Virus record (IMG/VR): IMGVR_UViG_3300040985_001289
Location: 1 to 63,710 of that record
Strand: one strand, 5' to 3'
Source of the DNA: a virus
Taxonomy: Duplodnaviria > Caudoviricetes
DNA: 63,710 nt
In this document: one piece after another, positions 52,401-61,315 of the stretch
Numbering within the stretch: position 1 is the first letter of the stretch
Layout: each line of letters starts with the position of its first letter
Made by a program: the position numbers and the translations under genes
Notes under the pieces: generated by a model
The model's input: the letters and a program-made list of their open reading frames with translations, nothing else
Databases searched by the model: none
What the model was told of the DNA's origin: nothing

Positions 52401-54638
52401 CTCCCCGCTCGTTACGAACTTCACGCCTGGAAAGCACTGCTTCAGCCCTTCTTCGAGAAGGTTCGGTTTATGTGCTAAACAACCGGGGCATGTCACTTCA
52501 TTCCAATTAAGCCTATAATACTCTGTTATTGTCCCACAGAAGCAAGTCGTCGGTCTATCATCAAATTGCATTGGTTTGGGGTAGTGTATAAAATCGGGTT
52601 CACACCGAATATGATCATCGTGGTCTTCAATTGTAACTGTTTCCCCACAGTTCACGCATAGAAAATCTTTTACGGGATCGGGGTCGAGTTCGCCTGATTC
52701 GATTTTTCTGATTAGTATCCAAATTGCAACACCCGGAACATGACCATTATTACTCGCAGTCATACCGTCAATCCACTCCAGCAACTTCTTCTTGTCAACT
52801 ACTTCGCTCATGGCTCTAACCCCAGTTTGGTGATCTCCTCTTTTATTTGACCGATTTTTAGACATAAGTACTGGTCAATAGCATCAGACGCTTTCGTTTC
52901 ATCCGACGTGCCAGAAGTACATCTAATTTCAACACTTTCGTCACCGTCACCCACTGACCCGTATAAAATGCGAACTCCACTTTTAAGCAGTGCCTCGCAC
53001 GATCTTCTTTCACTGATTAGACCATTTAATTTATCCTGCATTTCCTCCGCTTTCATAATCTCTCCTTTAGTTCTTTGCGCAATTTGCGCCAGTTGATCTT
53101 ACACCCACAATTCGGGCAGTGCTGAAACAGGGTTGATAGACCACGTCTATTGTCGATAATACTTGATGGAGTAAACTTTCCCCTCTTTGGATAAAGAGAA
53201 CTACCTAAGACCTCGCTAAAATGTTCGTTGGTTTCATTCATGTCTTTCGAGTACTGTTCGCAATAGGTTATGTAATTCCCGCTGTAGATACGCTGGTTGG
53301 TCGTGCCTTCATGTATCCAGCCTAACCAGTGATTGCAGACTTCTTCAGCCTTCATGCGTCCTCCTTTGGACTTGCGAGTTTGTTGATCTTATACTCCATC
53401 CTGTCAAGTTGCGACATCTTCAGGTGTTTAGGATCACACTCGTGACCGATACTCCACCATTGTTTACATGAAGGGCAAGTTGCATGTGGAGGATTATCCC
53501 CCCTATCAAGCAAATCTTCAATATAAACCATGCGGGATTTTTCAAGTTCGTATACTGCTTGATCAATAGAGTCACCATATCCCGCAAATGTTCCACTCCC
53601 AAAATCAGGGTGATACGCCTTGAAATTGTACTCACCATCCCACTCCACCTCTTCCCTTATCGGTAGCACCATAACCGGATACTCTGCGTCTAAATAACTC
53701 TGTCGTATTGTATCGTTCATACTTCCTCCTCTATTGGTTTTCTGACAGATACCTGAACACATACCTGATCGCAACGCCCTCCGCAATCTGTTTCAGTATG
53801 TCAATGTCCTTCTTGCTCTCTATGAATTCACAAAACACGTCTTCTTTGTCAGTGGTGACGATAAGTTCTTCGCTGATGTGATCTATCGTCAATTTACACC
53901 CATTCCAATTGCAGGTATAAAAATCATCCTCTCTCTTCCACTCAAACTCTGGTATTCTATAAGTACACATACTTCCTCCTTTTTATCCGACCCCGAAAAG
54001 GGCGGTTAGTCTGTAATACTTTCAGTAGAAGATTCATGAATCGCTACCTTTAAATGGAACGATACTTGATCAAGGAATAATGCCTCTGCCATACTCCATA
54101 ATGGATTCAAAGCCTTCCCCCCGTCAAGGTCTTCATAAGGGATATACTTCGGGACTTGGTTCTTTCTCATTATCCCATGAAAGATATCAGCTAATTCGCC
54201 ATTTGTTTTGCATTCATTGAATTTCACTTCATGAATCTCATCTCCAACTTGTCTTGTTTTTACCATTTCCTTCTCCTTTAGTTAAAGTTTACTTGGTTCA
54301 CTTTCAAGATGCGATCCTGTGTTAATGAGTGGGCACTTTTCTTTAGTGCAGTTGTCAGGTAAATTTCCGCAATTTCCCCAATCCTTATGCCGACAAAATC
54401 CACTCATTATTATTGTCGGTATTGCAAAACCGATTTTAGTCTTGTGCTCTTCGTTTGTGTAGCAATCGCAAGATTCAGGATCATAGGGTTCTGCATCAAA
54501 TTCATAAATATCGTCACAGTTCCTTTTATCAGGCAATCTCCCCTCAGCAGACTCAAGAGCCTCGTTAATACTTGGGAAGTCTGAAACCTCACACCCACTC
54601 CCGAATTCTCCAAACCATTCATAATGGAACAATGGCAT
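49403..54638 (-). CDS. Dense cluster of small hypothetical ORFs (accessory region)
   Basis: Co-oriented, overlapping 70-170 aa ORFs with GGAG-type RBS. Confidence 0.55.
53352..53720 (-). CDS. HicB-like antitoxin-domain protein
   Basis: 'YPV...F.AYHPDF.....GYGDSIDQAV.EL......IE.LL..GDNPP'. Confidence 0.6.
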   Translation of the reverse strand: MNDTIRQSYLDAEYPVMVLPIREEVEWDGEYNFKAYHPDFGSGTFAGYGDSIDQAVYELEKSRMVYIEDLLDRGDNPPHATCPSCKQWWSIGHECDPKHLKMSQLDRMEYKINKLASPKEDA

Positions 54639-54639
54639 A

Positions 54640-55164
54640 TCACTTCTCCTTGTACTGTGTTGAATCTATCTCATTTAGCCGAGCAAACTCCCCAAAGTTC
54701 TCTTTTGCAAACTCATTATAGGCGAGTGCTGCGTCTATCTCATTATTAAATAGACCAAGATACTTGTTGACTCCTGCAATTTTTGCCTGAGCCATCCACT
54801 TGTTTTCGAGTTTCACCCATGTCACACCCTTGTACTTTGATGACAGGGGCTTTCCTTTAAAAGTTTTTTTCTTTCTGGCATTTATTACGTTTTGTGAATT
54901 CGTGCAAGTTCTTAAATTATCCCTGCGGTTATCAAGCCCATTGTCGTTAATGTGATCAACGTAGACTTGGCGATCAGTCACCCCCATTATTAGTCTGTGC
55001 ATAAGAAAATGAGTCCCGTCGAAATTTCTTCTTGCATAATATGTATCCCTACCTTTCTGGGCATTCCACCTAAACTGATTCAGCCATTCATAATCAGCAT
55101 CATCAACAAGAGCTACGTAAAGCCCCTTATATTTACCCAACTTAGACAATTGTATCTCTTTCAT
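54640..55164 (-). CDS. HNH endonuclease with C-terminal AP2 domain
   Basis: 'MHRLIM...VDHINDNGLDNRRDNLR' and 'SKYKGV.W....KWMAQ...YLGLF..E.DAALAYN'. Confidence 0.9.
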   Translation of the reverse strand: MKEIQLSKLGKYKGLYVALVDDADYEWLNQFRWNAQKGRDTYYARRNFDGTHFLMHRLIMGVTDRQVYVDHINDNGLDNRRDNLRTCTNSQNVINARKKKTFKGKPLSSKYKGVTWVKLENKWMAQAKIAGVNKYLGLFNNEIDAALAYNEFAKENFGEFARLNEIDSTQYKEK

Positions 55165-55331
55165 CATCCCTCCAAAAGCCAAAAGCGCACACCGTCGGAC
55201 TCGAAAGTTGAGAGACAACCGAGTTGGTGAGCGATGTGCGCTTCTGAAAAGTATGTAAAAAATCTGGAATCTAATCTTGCGGTTGTCTCTCAACGACTCT
55301 TTAATATAGTTCCAATATTCCCCAAATGCAA
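55165..55331 (-). promoter_or_regulatory. Promoter plus A-B-A'-B' structured leader (copy 4)
   Basis: TTGCAT-17-TATATT; A 55280-94/A' 55207-21 (15 bp perfect); B 55232-43/B' 55183-94. Confidence 0.7.
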
Positions 55332-55364
55332 GCGAAAAATGCGGGGGGGTGAGAAAAAGATTAC

Positions 55365-55447
55365 AAAAAAGGAACTCCCAGCATGTAGGTTGGCGACGCT
55401 GGGAGTGATATTAACTAAAAAACAATCGTTAAGGAAAAACGAGTGTC
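55365..55447 (-). ncRNA. Candidate ~80-nt small RNA
   Basis: Promoter TTGACT(55481)-17-TATATA, then intrinsic terminator (hairpin 55374-55406 + U6); no ORF between. Confidence 0.5.
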
Positions 55448-55645
55448 ACTTATATATAATCAATCAAACCCCAAAAGTCAACCCTGAGAAAAAAGATTAC
55501 GAAACGTGCAGAATCGTTATCAACTTCTGGCCCTGCACCAAAACGCTTGTGGCATTACAAAAGGCCAGTGTCAAACATGGATTATTAGCATGTTCTGGCC
55601 CGTCAAAATAGTTGAATATGTGCAATTGAAATGCTTAATAGTCAT

Positions 55646-56208
55646 TATCTCGTCAGAATGACTCGAATAGTGACGAGATAGTTTAGACGTTTTACTTACT
55701 CTTGTTTATTTCTGTCGGGACATAATGCAGGATTCTATGATTTAAAGACGACAATTTGTCTTTAATATATTGGACATTAACCCGGTTGTGTCTCACAATG
55801 TGACGTTTCGTGAGACAATACGCAAGTACAATATGTCCTACACTAACCACATAATCGCACAATAACGTAGGCAATGTTATATGCAAGTTTAATGTTAAAG
55901 TGGAAACTTGACATCACAGATTGTGATCTCAAAAGAGAGACCCTCGGCAAAGGAGAACCGAGGGTCATGGGAGTATCACTGCAATTAAGCGGATGCAGTC
56001 AACGCAATAGTCCAGCTATCAAGTTTTTCTTGACAACTCATGTTTCAGTATTTCTGATACACAGCCCGATGTTTCAGTAAAAGTGAACTATTAAGGATTT
56101 CCTAATAGTTCAAATTCACCAACAGAACTGTTGCCAACAAAAGTGGTATTGAAATGAGTTGCACAGGATTACTTGATAACTCAGTTATTAGGAAATCCTT
56201 AATAACTC
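55646..56208. repeat. Array of palindromic operator-like sites, including four copies of a 27-bp motif
   Basis: Inverted repeats at 55646-80, 55742-65, 55789-817, 55908-32, 55939-66; 27-mers at 56013, 56085, 56156, 56182. Confidence 0.75.
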
Positions 56209-56300
56209 AAATAAAGCCCGTAGCGAAGACTTTAGCTTTAAGTACACATTATATCCTCTTTCTCATTAGAATCCAAAACAGGCACGGTACAGCGTCTATT

Positions 56301-56690
56301 TTACGCCTTATTTCGTATATTCAGAATGAAGTCTTCACGACCCATGACATTATTGAACGCACCCAATGCGATCTTACTCGAATACACGGCATCCTCCCCA
56401 CGAGTCAACCCAATGAGCACACATCCTTTCGTGTTGCGCGGAAAGTTCCCAACATGGATCAGAACCGAGTCCCGTTCAAAGACTCCCTTTATATGCCACA
56501 CATTCTTTCGCTTAACCGCCTTCGGGAGAAACTTACACAGATAGTTGCCCAACGGAATGCAACTCTTGAAAGGTTCATTACCGCTCCACGGAAGTTCTAA
56601 CGTGTGGAATACTTCTCCGGTATCACACTCCAATAATCCAAGTGTGCTGTCTTCTGTGAACTCGTCACGGGTTAGGGTTACTTGTCTCAT
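56301..56690 (-). CDS. DUF5675-family protein (candidate endolysin)
   Basis: 'TLELPW..N....SCIP.G.Y...LIHVGN....TKGCVLIG'. Confidence 0.75.
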   Translation of the reverse strand: MRQVTLTRDEFTEDSTLGLLECDTGEVFHTLELPWSGNEPFKSCIPLGNYLCKFLPKAVKRKNVWHIKGVFERDSVLIHVGNFPRNTKGCVLIGLTRGEDAVYSSKIALGAFNNVMGREDFILNIRNKA

Positions 56691-57538
56691 CGGGGAATAA
56701 TCTCCCTTGTCGAAATGTTCTTATGACAATTGTCGCTCCCAGAGAACCAGAATTTTATCAGGTATCCACCCTTCGGCTTCAGAGACATCCCTGAGCGAGC
56801 ACCATAATTCCCCTTCTTGTAACTTAGATAACTCCCCGTCTTTACCCACTTCTGGTTACGCCTTGCCGGATTACCAACACCATCTTTCCTGAAGCAATCA
56901 TGTGGTAACGCAAACTTCTCGTGGTTATGACCTGATGTTAAAATATCAAATCCCTCAATGTCAGCAGACCATCGGCTATAATCAATTACACCTTTTGTTA
57001 CAGGGGTGTTCCCACTTTTACCGTGCGACCAGAATGTTGTTAGATCCTTAACCCCTCCGCCCTTTGGATACTTAAACCGATAAGTCAAATATCCCTGATA
57101 CTCTCCTTGCCTTATGTGCGGATACCGATTGATAAGACGGGCAATCATGTTTGTACTCGCCCCGTGTGAGGCTAATGAATACTCGTGATTCCCCATACTT
57201 AAAACATCAATATTATCTGCGTATGGTTCAAGGAAGTTCGATGCGTAGTCAATTGTTGCATCAGCCATGTAATCATCACCACGTATCTCTGGAACAGGGA
57301 CACTCGGCATGAATCGGAAGTCGCGGGGGAAGATGCAATCGAACACGTCACTATTGACATGTATCCTTGCATTCTTTTCTTTTAATATGTCAAGTTCTTC
57401 TTTCAGCCTACCATAATCTGTGTAGTCTGAACCTAAATGCCAGTCAGACATTAGCCCTAAATAGAAAGGGTTATCTTTCTTTGGCATAAAGTCTTTGCGA
57501 AAGAGTACTCCAGATACTCCTGATAAGTCATCTGCCAT
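56687..57538 (-). CDS. Calcineurin-like metallophosphoesterase
   Basis: DWH, GNHE, HG, GHNH motifs. Confidence 0.85.
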   Translation of the reverse strand: MADDLSGVSGVLFRKDFMPKKDNPFYLGLMSDWHLGSDYTDYGRLKEELDILKEKNARIHVNSDVFDCIFPRDFRFMPSVPVPEIRGDDYMADATIDYASNFLEPYADNIDVLSMGNHEYSLASHGASTNMIARLINRYPHIRQGEYQGYLTYRFKYPKGGGVKDLTTFWSHGKSGNTPVTKGVIDYSRWSADIEGFDILTSGHNHEKFALPHDCFRKDGVGNPARRNQKWVKTGSYLSYKKGNYGARSGMSLKPKGGYLIKFWFSGSDNCHKNISTREIIPR

Positions 57539-57571
57539 TTCAAAACTCTCCTTTTTTAATGACGATATCCT

Positions 57572-57600
57572 ATATTACTAAAAATATCGGCAAAAGTCAA
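57572..57600 (-). promoter_or_regulatory. Sigma70-type promoter for phosphoesterase/DUF5675 genes
   Basis: TTGACT-17-TAATAT. Confidence 0.6.
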
Positions 57601-57601
57601 G

Positions 57602-57979
57602 TTAGCCGTTTGCATCCCAAGATTTCTTCCCGAACCATTTGACGGCATAATACATGGTTTTCCGCTTCCACTTCTTAACCCCGTAGTGCGTCATAATCGC
57701 AAGAAAAACGTTATCTGCGAACTCTTTGGTGCATGGTTTATTATCGAACCGATGTACTCTATATAGATAATCGTGAACCAACGCCCCCCAAGAATACCTT
57801 CCGCGAGGGGGAATGATGTTCCAGAAGACACGAGGTATAGAAGCCCAATCGAAGACAAACCCTTCAGGAACCGAACTCCTGACACCATCCAGTTCAAAGA
57901 TAAATGGGTCTACGAGGATTGACTTAAAGCCCTTGTCTCCAAGAGTTGTCTTTACCTTATTAAGTGCCTTGAACTTCAT
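57602..57979 (-). CDS. DUF1353-family protein
   Basis: 'VPEGFVFDWASIPR...ALVHDYLY...ADNVF...MYYAVKWFG'. Confidence 0.85.
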   Translation of the reverse strand: MKFKALNKVKTTLGDKGFKSILVDPFIFELDGVRSSVPEGFVFDWASIPRVFWNIIPPRGRYSWGALVHDYLYRVHRFDNKPCTKEFADNVFLAIMTHYGVKKWKRKTMYYAVKWFGKKSWDANG

Positions 57980-58262
57980 CGTCAGTCTCCGGATAATTCG
58001 AGTTAAACTTCCCCATAGAGGCATCATAGATCCCCTTAGAAGCATCGGTAATTGTGTTGTGATGAGCTTTGTCGCTACCCGTCTTCCTCTCTGGAGTAAA
58101 GATCATAATCAAATGTGCGAGACTATGAAACAACTCGTACGTCTTTGGTCGTGATTTGAATATCACGCTAATAGGGGAACCACCAACCAAGACAGCAATT
58201 GTCCCAACCGATCCGGAAAGCACCTCCCAATTTCCTGTAACAAACTGAACTATGGTGTCCAT
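57960..58262 (-). CDS. Holin-like small protein
   Basis: N-terminal hydrophobic segment in lysis region. Confidence 0.4.
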   Translation of the reverse strand: MDTIVQFVTGNWEVLSGSVGTIAVLVGGSPISVIFKSRPKTYELFHSLAHLIMIFTPERKTGSDKAHHNTITDASKGIYDASMGKFNSNYPETDDEVQGT

Positions 58263-58265
58263 AAT

Positions 58266-58604
58266 TTACCCCAAAAAGATATTTCCGAGAATAGTCAGAG
58301 ATGTCCCAACCAGAACGATGAACAATGCCCACTTCATCTTCCGATCCTCTGTCCGTTCCTTATCTCGTGCAATGCGTTCATCCCTTAAAGCTTCTTGTCT
58401 CATTTTTATGTATTCCTCAAACTGTTCAGATTTTTCTTCTTGCAAGAATAACCGAGTTTTTATGCCAGGTTCCCCATTGCCATGAATAGCCTCAACGATC
58501 TTCTCAACTTTGTCATCAAGGTTGCTAAACTTATCATCAAGAGAATCTATTTTACCTGCAATATCAATATATCCATTCCTGCGCTCTTTTTTCGGATCAC
58601 TCAT
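58266..58604 (-). CDS. Coiled-coil protein with C-terminal TM helix (holin/XhlA-like)
   Basis: 'GNGEPGIKTRL' motif plus C-terminal TM. Confidence 0.55.
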   Translation of the reverse strand: MSDPKKERRNGYIDIAGKIDSLDDKFSNLDDKVEKIVEAIHGNGEPGIKTRLFLQEEKSEQFEEYIKMRQEALRDERIARDKERTEDRKMKWALFIVLVGTSLTILGNIFLG

Positions 58605-58685
58605 TTCAGCAAACCCAATGTATAGAAAAATAAATAAAAATTAACGAAACCAATATCAAACAAATCCAACTGAGGACAGTCTGGC

Positions 58686-58982
58686 TCAGTCTGAGACAAC
58701 TTCAGGAACCCAACTCTCAGGCAAATCCTCAACTCTTTCGATCTGAGATTGCGTTAGATACTTTAGAACATGATCCTCAACCGGAATTGCGTAATCACCT
58801 GAAACTGGATGAATAATCGGATCTGACCACCTTTCCTCCACAGCACCATCCTCTATCCTACCCGCGTGGATGACTGCCTCAATCGCGTTATACTCTGCCT
58901 CGTTCTCACAGATTATGACATCCATGCCAGCCGTCAACGCAATTACCCACAACGCCACCATTCTGACCATTAATATTTTCAT
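58686..58982 (-). CDS. Small tail-fibre-associated protein
   Basis: Coupled to LamG-like gene; 'WSDPIIHP..G.YAIP'. Confidence 0.45.
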   Translation of the reverse strand: MKILMVRMVALWVIALTAGMDVIICENEAEYNAIEAVIHAGRIEDGAVEERWSDPIIHPVSGDYAIPVEDHVLKYLTQSQIERVEDLPESWVPEVVSD

Positions 58983-59803
58983 TAGTATACCGCCCATTTA
59001 TTGTTAAGATATAATAAAACCTGTGCTCGCTCTGTTGCGTCGTGGTCGTCTGAATAGATAATCAACTCAAGGATATGCCCCGTCAACATCCACAGATTAC
59101 CACTATCTATCGCTCCTAAATCCAAATCAGCAGCGGTATCAGTTATGTCAGTCACAGCTAAGGTCGATGACCCGACAAGTGTCCCGTTTTCATAAGCAGT
59201 CGGTTTCCCACCAGGGAGCCATGTCCCTGTCAATATCTTTGCCCCAATGGAAGGGGTCAAAGTAACCGCAGTGCTGGGGTCAAAAGCCCCCGCAGCCTCT
59301 TGGGTGGTATATCTATCTGTCTTAATATACCATTCCCTCGCCCCGCCAGCGGTATTGTACTTACTGATAAAGATGTCGTCAGCAACGGCTCCTGCGGTCT
59401 TTTTCACCACATAAACAGTTAACCCTCTTGTGTTGGAGTAGCCGTCCACGTCACCAGCAGACATAAAATCAGTGCCATCAAATAATACACCAGGTAATCC
59501 GTTCTGTACAGACGCAGCCAATGATGGTTGATTAGCCCCTGTCGATTGGGAAAAATCATTGCCATTACCGGATTGATCTGTCCATAAATTTGCAGCAAAA
59601 CCTAAATCAGCCTTAATCCACACCTCAATATTGGCGTAGTCGGTTGGACTCCAAGTGGATGACGTTGGTTGGTGATTACGCCCCCATCGGACATCTATCC
59701 TGCTCCACCGACCATCTCTCCCATATGGTCGTTGCTGGGCAAAACAATTTGAGGCTAATAGTATCAACACCACAAATACTATAACTTTTGTAAGAACTCT
59801 CAT
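58982..59803 (-). CDS. LamG/concanavalin-like virion protein with signal peptide
   Basis: 'WTDQSGNGND...QP...NGLPGVLFDG...GHILELIIY...YLNNKW'; N-terminal MRVLTKVIVFVVLILLASNCFA. Confidence 0.75.
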   Translation of the reverse strand: MRVLTKVIVFVVLILLASNCFAQQRPYGRDGRWSRIDVRWGRNHQPTSSTWSPTDYANIEVWIKADLGFAANLWTDQSGNGNDFSQSTGANQPSLAASVQNGLPGVLFDGTDFMSAGDVDGYSNTRGLTVYVVKKTAGAVADDIFISKYNTAGGAREWYIKTDRYTTQEAAGAFDPSTAVTLTPSIGAKILTGTWLPGGKPTAYENGTLVGSSTLAVTDITDTAADLDLGAIDSGNLWMLTGHILELIIYSDDHDATERAQVLLYLNNKWAVY

Positions 59804-59829
59804 CACGCCCTTTCCTTTTATGTGCGCCA

Positions 59830-60699
59830 TTATTCTATCCAACACTCAAGTCCTCCACCAACATTAGCTCCGGCAAGAACCCCCATAACCCGATACTCAA
59901 TATCTGTCTTTTCGGAGATACTTAATGGAAAATTTATATCCAAGTCAAGGACACTACTAAGAACAGGAACCTCCCGTTTATTATACCAAAGACCGCCAAA
60001 TGGTCTAATCCAAAGGCTCAGGTCAGTCCCTTTATTGCTTGATTCACCACCTACCCAGTGTGTCACAAAAAGGGTTTTCCCTGATGGGACAGTATATATA
60101 GCACAATGGGACTCGTTATCTTGTATCGGGATTGTCATGATAGTGTTAGATGCTCCGTTATCCTTCACAGATATAATGCCCTCGTTCCACCCCGTAGCCC
60201 CTGCTGTTAATACCCTTATAAGATGCACTCTTAGGTAAGCCTTGCTTGTTGGCGAATTAGTTACCCCATCCATAGTCACTGTTTCACTCTGGATTACATA
60301 GGAAGCATCTAACCCCTCTATATAGACAGTAATTGCTCCATCGCCCCCAACATCATCCTCAATATCACTACTTGAGAACTGCAACACCTCAGCAGAAGAC
60401 ACATAATGTTGCACTCCTCCATTATGCGAGAGGACTTCCCATGCAGTCCCAATATTGTCATTGTGACCAAAGATCCTGATAGCCTCATGTCCAGAGACGT
60501 TCCCCTCTGCGATATCATAGGAGTAAGGCATGGAAGACGTTCTGATTTTCCCGTCTACCTCTTTCACCCCATAGGGGTCACCGTTCTCGTCCAAGAGCCC
60601 CACATTCTTCACTTGGCGAACTGCACTGTGAGTCCCGTTTTGGGCTAAACACTGGGAATAGACACACAGGGTAATTAATATAATAAGGATCTTTTTCAT
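59830..60699 (-). CDS. Putative virion structural protein with signal peptide
   Basis: MKKILIILITLCVYSQCLA; 'GA.TV.IEGLD', 'YTVPSGKT', 'ISEKTDIE' typical of phage structural proteins. Confidence 0.6.
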   Translation of the reverse strand: MKKILIILITLCVYSQCLAQNGTHSAVRQVKNVGLLDENGDPYGVKEVDGKIRTSSMPYSYDIAEGNVSGHEAIRIFGHNDNIGTAWEVLSHNGGVQHYVSSAEVLQFSSSDIEDDVGGDGAITVYIEGLDASYVIQSETVTMDGVTNSPTSKAYLRVHLIRVLTAGATGWNEGIISVKDNGASNTIMTIPIQDNESHCAIYTVPSGKTLFVTHWVGGESSNKGTDLSLWIRPFGGLWYNKREVPVLSSVLDLDINFPLSISEKTDIEYRVMGVLAGANVGGGLECWIE

Positions 60700-60709
60700 A
60701 CTAATCTCC

Positions 60710-61315
60710 TTAGTGCTTGCACCAGAATACCCAGTTGAATATTGTTGCATCGGCAATGTCACTCGGGGTCGAGAATATAAACCTCACATATCCCCCACGT
60801 TGTATCGCAAGCTTGTAGTTGTACCCCCGTTCAGCTTTTGTCGTTGCACTAAGACTCAGTGGGTTATAGATTGATATTCCATAAAGAGTTGAGTCATAAG
60901 CTCCAGTTGCGATGAAATAGTTAGAAAAATCGCCATTCCAAATCGGGGTGGCTGTTGTATCCCACGCACACTCAAAGTAAGCCGAGTCAACGCCAGCACT
61001 ATCCGCCCCACCATAGGTAATGTCTATCCCAAAGTATGCAGGATCTTGCCACCCAAGTTCTCTGTAGGAGATCTTCTCTGCTTTAGATGTTGTGTCTGCA
61101 AAACTATAACTAATTTGCAGCCAAGCGGTAGTTCCAGCAGTTGCACTCGCAACAGTAGTCGCCCCCACATAGAAGAGCGGGAATGCTTGTCCAACAATAA
61201 ACAAGTCAGACCTTCCCATTGCCTTGAGGGGTGGTCTGGTAATATCTTCCCCTATTGCGTACCCACCTATCAGGATGATACTCACGATAGTTAGGTATGT
61301 TAGTATCTGCTTCAT
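60710..61315 (-). CDS. Signal-peptide-bearing beta-rich protein
   Basis: MKQILTYLTIVSIILIGGYAIG. Confidence 0.6.
   Translation of the reverse strand: MKQILTYLTIVSIILIGGYAIGEDITRPPLKAMGRSDLFIVGQAFPLFYVGATTVASATAGTTAWLQISYSFADTTSKAEKISYRELGWQDPAYFGIDITYGGADSAGVDSAYFECAWDTTATPIWNGDFSNYFIATGAYDSTLYGISIYNPLSLSATTKAERGYNYKLAIQRGGYVRFIFSTPSDIADATIFNWVFWCKH

Noticed and set aside
56013-56208. 27-bp repeats as a mini CRISPR array
   Set aside because: Copies are too divergent, spacing is irregular (45, 44 and -1 bp) and no cas genes are present
55692-56600. ORFs 55692-55886, 55874-56080 and 56154-56600 as real genes (e.g. RhuM)
   Set aside because: Only the palindromic nonapeptides resemble known proteins; 56154-56600 is mostly antisense to the DUF5675 gene
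58982-61315. Diversity-generating retroelement targeting tail genes
   Set aside because: No reverse transcriptase and no TR/VR repeat pair observed
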